Of a stretch of 64,000 bases of DNA, positions 47,985 to 57,278 are shown piece after piece; position 1 is the stretch's first letter; each line of letters begins with the position of its first letter. This DNA comes from an uncultured Candidatus Saccharibacteria bacterium (GTDB lineage: Bacteria > Patescibacteriota > Minisyncoccia > Phycocordibacterales > CAIZIN01). The DNA lies in NCBI GenBank assembly GCA_964462115.1, contig CAYWWA010000002.1:6560-70559 (forward strand), given 5' to 3'. The notes beneath the pieces were generated by a model, which had not been told where the DNA came from, did not search any database, and saw nothing but the letters and a program-made list of their open reading frames with translations. The position numbers were made by a program, and so were the translations under genes.

Positions 47985-49844
47985 TTAATTATTCTTTTTC
48001 TTTCTTTTCAGCATGCGCTCCAGATATTGACCAGTGTAAGATCCAGTTTTTTTCCAAGTGTCCGCCACTGTCTCTGGTGTGCCTTTAGCGATCAATTTTC
48101 CTCCTCCGATTCCTCCCTCAGGACCAATGTCAATTATATAGTCAGCACATTTAAGAAAATCTAAGTTGTGTTCAATCACCACCACCGAGTTTCCTTTATC
48201 CACCAATTTTTGCAGAATCTCAATTAGCTTTTTCACATCTTCATAATGCAAACCAACTGTGGGCTCATCTAAAAGATAAATAGTTTTTTGTAAATTCTGA
48301 CGGTATAATTCAGCAGAGATTTTGACTCGCTGTGCTTCTCCACCTGAAAGTTCAGTGGCGGGTTGACCTAATTTAATATAACCCAAACCCACATCTTGTA
48401 AGGTAATTAAACGATCGTGGATGGCTGGTATGTCTTGAAAAAAATCCACCGCCTCATCTATCGTCATTGCTAAAACATCGTGAATATTTTTCTTCTTGTA
48501 TTTTATTTCCAAAGTTTCTTTGGTAAACCTTTTACCATCACAAATATCGCATCTAACAAAGACACTCGGTAAAAACGACATCTCCACCTCAATCATCCCA
48601 TTGCCTTCACAGGCTTCACATCTACCGCCCGGCACGTTAAAAGAAAATCTTCCTGGTCCCCAACCGCGAACTTTAGCCTCATCGGCGTTAGCAAATAAAT
48701 CACGAATATGAGTTAAGGCTCCCACATATGATACTGGATTACTACGGGGGGTGCGTCCGATTGGCGACTGATCAATTAAAATTGTTCGTCCTAAATATCC
48801 CGCACCTTCAAAATTACTACAATTAAAAAATTTAGCGCTGCGGTGTTTTTTTTCTAACTGTCCTTGTAAATTTTTATGAATAATTTCATACATTAAAGAT
48901 GACTTTCCACTGCCCGAAACTCCAGTAATACAAACCAATTTTGAAAGTGGAATTTCTAAGTTTAAGTTTTTAATGTTAAAAATATTACCGCCAGTAATTT
49001 TTATTTTCCCCCGATCTTGAGTCCGTCGGTCTGGAATATCAATCTGATCCTCTCCACGTAAATAGGCCAAAGTTTTAGATCCGCTGTCATTTTTTTTGGC
49101 ATCTAATAATTGATCCACCCAACCAGAGACCACTACTTCACCACCATGCACTCCAGCTTTGGGCCCGACATCAACAATATAATCTGAAGCAAAAATAGTA
49201 TCCTCGTCATGTTCTACCACCACAATTGTATTACCCATATCACGCAAATCGGTAATAGTTTTGATTAACTTATCGTTGTCTCGCTGATGCAAACCAATCG
49301 TTGGTTCATCCAAAACATACAAAGCTCCGACTAAACCACTGCCCAGCTGTGAAGCTAGGCGGATTCGCTGAGTTTCGCCACCAGATAGAGTTGTCGCTCG
49401 TCTATCCAGAGAAAGATATTCAATCCCTACGTTAGTCATAAATTTGAGTCGTTCTACAATTTCTTTGATGGGGATTTTGGCAATCTCCATTTCTTGTTCA
49501 GAAAGTTGCTGAACTAAGTCAGTAAAAAATTTTTGGCTATCGGTAATAGTTTTTTCGGTCAGCTTCATAATATTCATTTTATCCTTGCTGTCGCCTAAAA
49601 AAATACTTAAAGCTTCTGGTCGCAATCTTTGGCCGTGACAAACTGAACATTCTTCATTCACAAAGAATTCTCTAGTGCCTAAGCCGTTACATTCAGGACA
49701 GGCTCCATAGGGTGAATTAAAAGAAAAAAGTCTCGGCTCAATTTCAGGAAAAGAAAACCCATCATAAGGACACATGAATTTTGCCGAAATCATTTTGTAG
49801 TCGTAGTTTATTTTTTTATTTTTAGAGTCGGGCCGAGTTGACAT
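47985..49844 (-). CDS. uvrA: UvrA C-terminal fragment (619 aa: Zn-finger insertion region, end of ABC module I, complete ABC module II)
   Basis: CPYDGFSFPEIEPRLFSFNSPYGACPECNGLG, LSGGETQRIRLASQLGSGLVGALYVLDEPTIGLH, second Walker [29 protein letters not shown]; resumes where the fragment at 59408-60325 stops. Confidence 0.8.
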   Translation of the reverse strand: MSTRPDSKNKKINYDYKMISAKFMCPYDGFSFPEIEPRLFSFNSPYGACPECNGLGTREFFVNEECSVCHGQRLRPEALSIFLGDSKDKMNIMKLTEKTITDSQKFFTDLVQQLSEQEMEIAKIPIKEIVERLKFMTNVGIEYLSLDRRATTLSGGETQRIRLASQLGSGLVGALYVLDEPTIGLHQRDNDKLIKTITDLRDMGNTIVVVEHDEDTIFASDYIVDVGPKAGVHGGEVVVSGWVDQLLDAKKNDSGSKTLAYLRGEDQIDIPDRRTQDRGKIKITGGNIFNIKNLNLEIPLSKLVCITGVSGSGKSSLMYEIIHKNLQGQLEKKHRSAKFFNCSNFEGAGYLGRTILIDQSPIGRTPRSNPVSYVGALTHIRDLFANADEAKVRGWGPGRFSFNVPGGRCEACEGNGMIEVEMSFLPSVFVRCDICDGKRFTKETLEIKYKKKNIHDVLAMTIDEAVDFFQDIPAIHDRLITLQDVGLGYIKLGQPATELSGGEAQRVKISAELYRQNLQKTIYLLDEPTVGLHYEDVKKLIEILQKLVDKGNSVVVIEHNLDFLKCADYIIDIGPEGGIGGGKLIAKGTPETVADTWKKTGSYTGQYLERMLKRKKKNN

Positions 49845-50033
49845 TATCCAGATAAAATACCATAGTTTTTATTAAAAATCAAACAGAATATTTTATATGC
49901 CAATAACACATCCTCTTTATAAAGAGCAAATTATACGCCAATTTTTTAAACGATAAAAGCTAAATTCTATTGAGTCATTTAAGTTAAATAACAATTTATG
50001 CTATAATAGCCAAATTAAGCAAGCTTAAGACCT

Positions 50034-50690
50034 ATGAACAACAACTTCATCAAATATGCGGAAAAATATGCCAAGGTTAACCTTACAGAAGCCCAAACAG
50101 ATAAATTTCAAGCCTTGGCGGATTTTTTATTAAGTTATAATCAAAAAGTTAATTTAACCGCTATTCGTGATTTAGATGGAGTTTATCTTAAACATTTTAT
50201 AGATAGTTTGACTGTCAATTTAGCTGTGAGCGAAATTGAAAAAGCTGGGACCAAAATTCAAAACCTTGCCGACGTCGGCAGCGGTGCCGGCTTCCCCGCC
50301 CTGCCTTTAGCTATTATCTATGAAGATAAAAAAATTACCGCTATTGATTCTGTTGGTAAAAAAACTAAATTTATTAGCGAAGCAGCGAAAATTTTAGGAT
50401 TAGAAAATATAAAAGTCATCAACGATCGAGCGGAAAAAATTGTCCTTCAAAAGTTCGGTTTAGTTGTCTCGCGTGCCGTAGCCCAACTGCCCCAACTTTT
50501 AGACTGGTGTCTACCACTAGTAAAAAATGGCGGCTATTTTGTGGCAATGAAAAATGCTGAAACTTCAGACCAAGAAATATCTGACTCTCAGAAAAATCTT
50601 CAACAATCTTCAGTGGAAATAATCAATCGCTTTAAGATTGAGATTCCAAATCTTACCAATCGCGAACTAATAATTTGTAAAAAAAAATAA
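50034..50690 (+). CDS. rsmG: 16S rRNA (guanine527-N7)-methyltransferase RsmG/GidB
   Basis: LADVGSGAGFPALPLAI SAM motif; TGCTATAAT at 49998-50006 upstream. Confidence 0.8.
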   Translation: MNNNFIKYAEKYAKVNLTEAQTDKFQALADFLLSYNQKVNLTAIRDLDGVYLKHFIDSLTVNLAVSEIEKAGTKIQNLADVGSGAGFPALPLAIIYEDKKITAIDSVGKKTKFISEAAKILGLENIKVINDRAEKIVLQKFGLVVSRAVAQLPQLLDWCLPLVKNGGYFVAMKNAETSDQEISDSQKNLQQSSVEIINRFKIEIPNLTNRELIICKKK

Positions 50691-50766
50691 ACTATTTTTT
50701 ATAAATAAATAGTTTATTTTAAAATTTATAACTAAGTTAGCAAAATATGCCAAGTTATTTATCTTT

Positions 50767-53700
50767 TTACTTTTCTACCACAAAAGTATTTCCTCTACTT
50801 CTACCAAAAATATCCGGCATATATAAAGATTCAATTTTGGCAGGCAGGTGTTGATATTTTCCAGGTACCAATGCTCGCAAATAATACTCATATTGATAAA
50901 CACCGCTGTTTACTCTTTCACTGTATAAGAAAATTCTGTCATCGTGATTCTCCTCTACGCTTGGATAAAATCTGTTATCAAGTGAAGTGTGTCTAATTAA
51001 ACTTTGATCTTCAGTTGCAAAACTGAAGTTAACAATTTCAAAACCAGCTGGAATATAATCTTCTATTGCAATGTCAGCTGCATTAAACGGCACTGTTAAA
51101 GTTAATCTGCCTTTAATTACATCACCAACTTTAGCAGAAAGAATTGGAATCTTTTGCTCTTCATCATCAAGGCGGAAAAATTCACGAACGACACCCAAAC
51201 CTTCGTCACGAGCTGGTAAATTTTGTACAGGTAAATAATACTTAAACAGTATATCGTAATAGAAATTATTTTTATTTTTAGTATTATCAATTTTTAAGAA
51301 AGTTAACGGCAAAACTTTTTTACGCTCTAGATCATTTATTGACAAGAATTGACTTTGTGTTTCAAAAATATTTTGACCACCAAAATTAAAATTAAATAAT
51401 TCATCACCGTTTAATGTACCAATTAAATCAAAGTCTGCCTCGTTTTCTTTTTGCCATTTCAGATATTGCACCATTGCATCTATCACTTCAAAAGTGTTCT
51501 GTGTGTTACCCCACGCACCCTGATTGTTTCGGCTAGCCAAAAGCCATTTCATGATATTGGAAATCATTACATTTTTATCTTGATGAGCCACAAATACTTT
51601 CAGAGCCAGTGCGGTATTTTTAATAGAGGTTTCATAGAGATTATAGCTGGTATTTTTACCAGGCTTAAAATACGCACCACGACCATCAATGGAAAGTCTG
51701 TTAGTGAATTGCTTATAAATTTCCTGATTATTAGGATACATAATAGCCAAATAAGCTAAAGCTGGACTGCTGATATTTTCGTTTAGATATTGTTTATCAC
51801 TTATAAAGCTTGATACGATAGAATTAATTACTGTATATTTTTTACCTGAAAGATTCAATAAGAATCCAGCTCCAATCAAAGTGTCTTTATCTATTTCTCT
51901 TTGTGTATAACGATTATTTGCTTCGGTTTCAATATATTTTAATGCTTTATTTAAATATTCTTCATCTATTGCAAATCCTGCATTTTTAATAACCAACAGC
52001 CCCTCTACCACCCGCAACGTTAGATAAAAATTTGAATAATAAATTGATGGATAATAAGAAAATCCACCATCCAATTTTTGAGTGGCATAAATTTTCTTAA
52101 GTGTAGAATTTATAATATCATCAATTGTGTAATCAATTCCATCTTTGTTAATTGTTCCAATTTCCCCATCAACATTTTTCAAGTCATAGACGCTACTCAA
52201 AATAGCAACAGAACTCATCGCAGAAGTTAACTGCTCAGAACAACCATAAGGATAATTAACCATGTATTTTAGAGCGTCTTGTAAAAAGACAACTAAGGTA
52301 GCATTGGTATTTATAGTTATTCCACCTTTATCTGCAAGAACATTCTCAGGTATATAAAAATATTCTTTAGAAATATTTTGGTTAGTCATATTGGCTGTCG
52401 ATACTGTTTCGTAAGTTTGGTTTGGGGTAATTTTTATTGTTTGTTCTACTTCATCAACACTATCATTTAATTCAGCTTTCAAAGTAAAAGTAACTTGACC
52501 TTCTACTAATGTTGTCGGTGCTTCAACGTTAAAATAAATTATTTCTGATTTACCAGCATTGATTTTAATTATTCGTTCAGTTTTTTCCAGCAAGTTTAAA
52601 TCCTTACTTTGCAAAGAAACCTTTACACTTACAGACTTATTAGTTTGATTGAAAACCGTAGCTCCCAATTCAAAATTATCACCAGGTACTATAAATCTTG
52701 GTTTAATCGGCGAAACCATTAAATCTTTTTTTGTAGTAAATTCAGCGTAGCTCGCACCAAATTTTGAATCTAAACTTTGAGCTACAACCTCTGCTTGCCA
52801 AGTTGTTAAATTGTCTGGTAAAGTGAAAGAAAGTTGGGTTAACCCTTTTTGATCGGTTTCTGCTTGAGCTATCCAGAAAGCAGTATCTTTAAATTCACCA
52901 CGTTTCTTTGAAGCTAAATCTTCTGCACCATTTCCGCCACCACCACCCTTCGTTCCTGTTGGTATATCCATTTCGTATAAAATATTTTTTAAGTTATGAG
53001 TAGTATTAATGGTATTATAAAAATAATTATAAAAATGAAGCCAAGGGTTTTTCTTTGGATTTCCCTTGAGAGCCAAAACCGACATATCAACTACCGCAAC
53101 AGAAACTTCAGACTGAACGGGGTTATTTTTTTCATCTTTCGATTCAATTTGCAAATTCACATTCTCACCTGGCAGATAAAATGTTTTATCACTTTTAACT
53201 GACAAAAATATTTTCTTTGCATCAGAATTAACACCAAAATCCACATTCCCAAATTTAATCTCTGGTTCATCTGTTAGAAGCAAAACCGATACAAAAATAT
53301 TTGGAGCATAATTTTCTTTAATTAAGAAACTGTATTCTGCTAATCCACCGATCACATCTATAATTTTATAATCAAAAATTACTCCCCGCTCAATTGTAAT
53401 CAGTGCTTTTGCTTTAGCTGCTGGGGATTTAATCAAAATCGTAGCCATATCTCCAACTTTAAGCTCATTTTTTTCTACTACTAAATCTAAACTGTAATTA
53501 TTGTTAGGTGGAACTTGCACGGTTTTATCGCCGTAAATATATAGACTAATAGTGGTGCTGATGTTATTTTTTCTATTATCGCTGCCAACAATTTCAATTT
53601 CATATTCGCCCTCTTCGGCTATTGAAAAATCATTAATGTAGTTGCCGTTTTTATCAGTACCAAGTTTTATCGTTTTAACTTCAGTTGTACTTTTATCATA

Positions 53701-56700
53701 ATGATAATAATAACCACCATCAACCTCTTGTCGTTTATAAATTTCGTAAGAAATTTTTTTAATCTTTGCTATTAAATTAGAAACTGAAATTGGCTTACCA
53801 AAAGTGTCAACAGTTTTAATCCTTAACTTATTTTCACCATCAACATTGGTGTAATATTTATCAGTTTTAGCACCAATGTAATATTCGCCTCTATGTACTA
53901 TAAAAGATTTTTGAATGGAAATTGTTTTACCACTAGCGTCTTGCACCGAAACAGAAACTGTGATTATTTTACTTTTTTCATCATTATCAGATAATTTTAA
54001 TTCTTGTTTAATTATCGCTTGACCATCAGTATTTAAACTGGTTTCACCACGTAATAAATATTTATCACCATAATCACAATTATAGCAATAATACCAACCG
54101 CTTCCAAAGGAAAAATATTCATCAGTATATTTATCAAAATAATAATCTTGCTCAGTAATAGTATAAGAAACATTTCCGCTATCAAGCGGTACACCAAAAT
54201 AATAATCAGCTTGGAGAGATAAATTTAAAGTATCACCACTTAAATATTCCTCCTTATCCGTGACAGCTTCCAGTTTGAAAGCAGCTGGAGTATATTCTTC
54301 TACTGAAAAGTTAAAATATCCATCACTAGCGGTGTTAATCTGATAGCTCCCCAATTTAGCGTCTTTTGGTAAAGTAAATTCACCAGCGAAAGAGCCATAT
54401 TTATTATTTTTTAAAGTTGTTGCAAAAACTTGATCCCAACCTGAATCACGAATAGAGACTTGGATTTCTTGGTCTTTTAGTATCTCATAATTTCCATCAA
54501 AACCAAGTCGTTGTATACCCTTAAAATAAACCACATCACCTGGACGATAAATTGGTCTATCAGTGTAAAGATATGTTTTGAGTGCGTATTCTGCAGTGGT
54601 CCAATTTGAACCAAGCGTATCAGCCCAGTCAGAAATGATTGCATTTTCATTATTATAACTAATTACCGCACCATCAACATAGTTTTCAATTTTAAGTTTC
54701 GCGATTCCATCTTGGTCAGTAAAATTAGTGTCAGATAAAGTTAAGCCATCTCCAAACGCTGTTTGGTCCCAAATTCCATTAACATGCTTATATTGAGATA
54801 CTATCGCACCAGCTATTGGTAACAATGTTTTAGCGTTATTAACCCAATAGATATTTTTACTATTTTCAATTAGATTATCTTGTGGTTTAATTTTTTCTTC
54901 ATAATGGTCACGATTAACTTCTTTTTTGCCGACCGCCAAGTTAGAAACGCTTAAATAAACATGTTCGAACCTCGGTACCTCAAAATCCTCTGCATAGTAA
55001 TCACTCACATAAGTGTAATCTGGATTGTTTAATGTGATAACAAATTGTCCACGAGTGTCAGCAAAATAATCTTTCAAATCAATTTGAAAATAATTATTTA
55101 CAAAATATGTTTTCGGTAAATCAATTCTAGCTGTTTTAATTTCAGTACATTTGTTAGGAGCTGGTTGCTTAATACTTAAACTACCTAATACTTCTAAGAA
55201 GTCAGTCGCATTCATTTTGCAAATTTGTAAATCAACAAAAGTTAAATTCTCTACAGCAAAAGTTAATTTAGTTTTATCTGGTGTGGTAACATTATATTGC
55301 TTTTGTAAATTGTAAATATGTTTATATATGTGTTTCGGTTTAGTGGTGTTAAATTCTAAACTTTGATTTATTTTTTGACCAAACACATCTTCCAAATTTA
55401 AATTCATCAAATAATAACTTTCTGGCAATAAACCATATTTAATACTGGTCTGATATTGACCATTTTGACACTGATTATAGTCGCCTTCTACCATATATGA
55501 TCCTCTCCAGTTATTATAAACTATATAATTTTCCACCACACTCAGGTGCGTCCTCATACCCTCCTCACCTGGTTTTTTAATTGGAGAATTAGAACAAATT
55601 ATCATCTCTGTCAGAGAAGCATCTTTGTCATTATTTTTAGGCAAAGTGTTGTAAATTTGAAATTTAGGATAGGTAGTAAAATGTCCGCTGACATTATCGG
55701 CTTTAGAAATGTATTCAGATCCATCGGATAAAACAATTTTTGGTAAAATGATTTGTAGTTGTTCATTCAAACCAAATTCGTTAGCATTAAAAGAAAGAAC
55801 AATTCTCTGTTTATCATCAACTTTAATACATTCATCTGTTAATCCATTTTTTATTTCTCGCAAATAACCATCTTTATCAGTTTCAGTTTTACAATTCTGT
55901 TGATATTCAACTTTTTTTAAACCCTTAACCTTAAACTCTGTTTTGTCTTTATTTATTTCCTCTGTAAAAACTACTTCAATTTGATCATTAGGATCAAAAA
56001 TATTTTTATCACCACTGTAACCATTTTGGGTAATAATATTAAAACCAGATAAAATATTACCAACAAAGAAAGAATAATTCTGTGAATCACTAAATGGCAA
56101 GTTACCTTTTAGTGTAGAAACCAAACCGACTTTGACGCTGTAGGAAGTATCATAATCCCAGGATTTTTTATGTCCATACTTATCTGTTTTCTGATAAATA
56201 TTTATTTTTGATTTATCTTCGACCTCTAAATATTTTTTAGCTTTTTTGTCATATTTTTTACTCGTGCCATATTCTAAAATAATTTCACTTTTATCACCAC
56301 TGGAGGTGGTAATTTCAATGTCACTCTTAATGCTATCAATATCCACTTCTTGATTGTAGTGCAAGAAAAATGGCGATTTATGAGAGATCTTTTCACTTGT
56401 TTTATTATCCAATCTTAAATGTCGAGTATCAAAAGTAAAAGAAACTGGATCCACAGTTAATCCCTCGATGGAAGTTAGCTGACCAATCTCAACCGTATAG
56501 CGAGTAGCTGGATTAAGTTTATCTTTTGGTAAAAATTGTAACTGACGAGTAGTAGTCCACTTCCATTTTCCATCAACTTTTGGACTGATAGAAATCGGTA
56601 GATTATTTTTTGGCTCTGAAAATGCAGCCGCGACCTGTGCTAACAAGCCCTCACCGTTTTCTTGTTGATCGAGAGTTGTTAAAGCTACCATTGGTCGATT

Positions 56701-57201
56701 AAAGACGATGGTAATCTTTGTATCTTCATCTACCTCTGTATTTTGCTCTGGAAAAACTGCTTCAATTTTAGGATTTTCTGCTACCAAAATATCACCAGAC
56801 ATTTTTAAATTAGCTGTTTCTAGAGAAACATTATAGTAAGTTCCAATTTCTAAATCCTTTTTCGGTTTATAAAGAAGAGCTTGTTCTAAATTATCCCCTT
56901 CAATCTCTACCCAATCACCAGCTATTTTAGGTTCAAAAGAAATATTTTCACGAGCTTCATCTGAAGTAATTTCATTTGGTAATTTAATAGTAATAACCGC
57001 CGATTTAGAAATTGACTCCGGCACAAAGGTTTCCACCACTGCTACTTCTCCAGTATATTTTTTAACACTGTGATCAGAAATATAAAAAGAAAAAAATATA
57101 ATTAAAATCAATGAAATAAAAGTAGAAATAATAATAAAAATCGGCTTGTTTCTGTTTTTATTTTCAACAGACAAACCGGAAACCATTTCTTGATTTTTCA
57201 T
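50767..57201 (-). CDS. Bacterial alpha-2-macroglobulin family protein (2144 aa) with N-terminal TM anchor and thioester motif
   Basis: NYPYGCSEQLTSAM (CxEQ thioester), very large beta-rich ectodomain, divergent from a pbpC-like gene as in yfhM-pbpC; ATG at 57201 sits 6 nt after a TGCTATAAT. Confidence 0.75.
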   Translation of the reverse strand: MKNQEMVSGLSVENKNRNKPIFIIISTFISLILIIFFSFYISDHSVKKYTGEVAVVETFVPESISKSAVITIKLPNEITSDEARENISFEPKIAGDWVEIEGDNLEQALLYKPKKDLEIGTYYNVSLETANLKMSGDILVAENPKIEAVFPEQNTEVDEDTKITIVFNRPMVALTTLDQQENGEGLLAQVAAAFSEPKNNLPISISPKVDGKWKWTTTRQLQFLPKDKLNPATRYTVEIGQLTSIEGLTVDPVSFTFDTRHLRLDNKTSEKISHKSPFFLHYNQEVDIDSIKSDIEITTSSGDKSEIILEYGTSKKYDKKAKKYLEVEDKSKINIYQKTDKYGHKKSWDYDTSYSVKVGLVSTLKGNLPFSDSQNYSFFVGNILSGFNIITQNGYSGDKNIFDPNDQIEVVFTEEINKDKTEFKVKGLKKVEYQQNCKTETDKDGYLREIKNGLTDECIKVDDKQRIVLSFNANEFGLNEQLQIILPKIVLSDGSEYISKADNVSGHFTTYPKFQIYNTLPKNNDKDASLTEMIICSNSPIKKPGEEGMRTHLSVVENYIVYNNWRGSYMVEGDYNQCQNGQYQTSIKYGLLPESYYLMNLNLEDVFGQKINQSLEFNTTKPKHIYKHIYNLQKQYNVTTPDKTKLTFAVENLTFVDLQICKMNATDFLEVLGSLSIKQPAPNKCTEIKTARIDLPKTYFVNNYFQIDLKDYFADTRGQFVITLNNPDYTYVSDYYAEDFEVPRFEHVYLSVSNLAVGKKEVNRDHYEEKIKPQDNLIENSKNIYWVNNAKTLLPIAGAIVSQYKHVNGIWDQTAFGDGLTLSDTNFTDQDGIAKLKIENYVDGAVISYNNENAIISDWADTLGSNWTTAEYALKTYLYTDRPIYRPGDVVYFKGIQRLGFDGNYEILKDQEIQVSIRDSGWDQVFATTLKNNKYGSFAGEFTLPKDAKLGSYQINTASDGYFNFSVEEYTPAAFKLEAVTDKEEYLSGDTLNLSLQADYYFGVPLDSGNVSYTITEQDYYFDKYTDEYFSFGSGWYYCYNCDYGDKYLLRGETSLNTDGQAIIKQELKLSDNDEKSKIITVSVSVQDASGKTISIQKSFIVHRGEYYIGAKTDKYYTNVDGENKLRIKTVDTFGKPISVSNLIAKIKKISYEIYKRQEVDGGYYYHYDKSTTEVKTIKLGTDKNGNYINDFSIAEEGEYEIEIVGSDNRKNNISTTISLYIYGDKTVQVPPNNNYSLDLVVEKNELKVGDMATILIKSPAAKAKALITIERGVIFDYKIIDVIGGLAEYSFLIKENYAPNIFVSVLLLTDEPEIKFGNVDFGVNSDAKKIFLSVKSDKTFYLPGENVNLQIESKDEKNNPVQSEVSVAVVDMSVLALKGNPKKNPWLHFYNYFYNTINTTHNLKNILYEMDIPTGTKGGGGGNGAEDLASKKRGEFKDTAFWIAQAETDQKGLTQLSFTLPDNLTTWQAEVVAQSLDSKFGASYAEFTTKKDLMVSPIKPRFIVPGDNFELGATVFNQTNKSVSVKVSLQSKDLNLLEKTERIIKINAGKSEIIYFNVEAPTTLVEGQVTFTLKAELNDSVDEVEQTIKITPNQTYETVSTANMTNQNISKEYFYIPENVLADKGGITINTNATLVVFLQDALKYMVNYPYGCSEQLTSAMSSVAILSSVYDLKNVDGEIGTINKDGIDYTIDDIINSTLKKIYATQKLDGGFSYYPSIYYSNFYLTLRVVEGLLVIKNAGFAIDEEYLNKALKYIETEANNRYTQREIDKDTLIGAGFLLNLSGKKYTVINSIVSSFISDKQYLNENISSPALAYLAIMYPNNQEIYKQFTNRLSIDGRGAYFKPGKNTSYNLYETSIKNTALALKVFVAHQDKNVMISNIMKWLLASRNNQGAWGNTQNTFEVIDAMVQYLKWQKENEADFDLIGTLNGDELFNFNFGGQNIFETQSQFLSINDLERKKVLPLTFLKIDNTKNKNNFYYDILFKYYLPVQNLPARDEGLGVVREFFRLDDEEQKIPILSAKVGDVIKGRLTLTVPFNAADIAIEDYIPAGFEIVNFSFATEDQSLIRHTSLDNRFYPSVEENHDDRIFLYSERVNSGVYQYEYYLRALVPGKYQHLPAKIESLYMPDIFGRSRGNTFVVEK

Positions 57202-57207
57202 CACTCA

Positions 57208-57216
57208 ATTATAGCA
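57208..57216 (-). promoter_or_regulatory. Extended -10 TGCTATAAT 6 nt upstream of the A2M ATG
   Basis: Reverse complement gives gtttTGCTATAATtgagtgATG. Confidence 0.45.
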
Positions 57217-57278
57217 AAACCAGTACAAAAAAACTGCTTTTTGTGTAAAAGTATTTTTGTGATATGATTTAGCTGTAA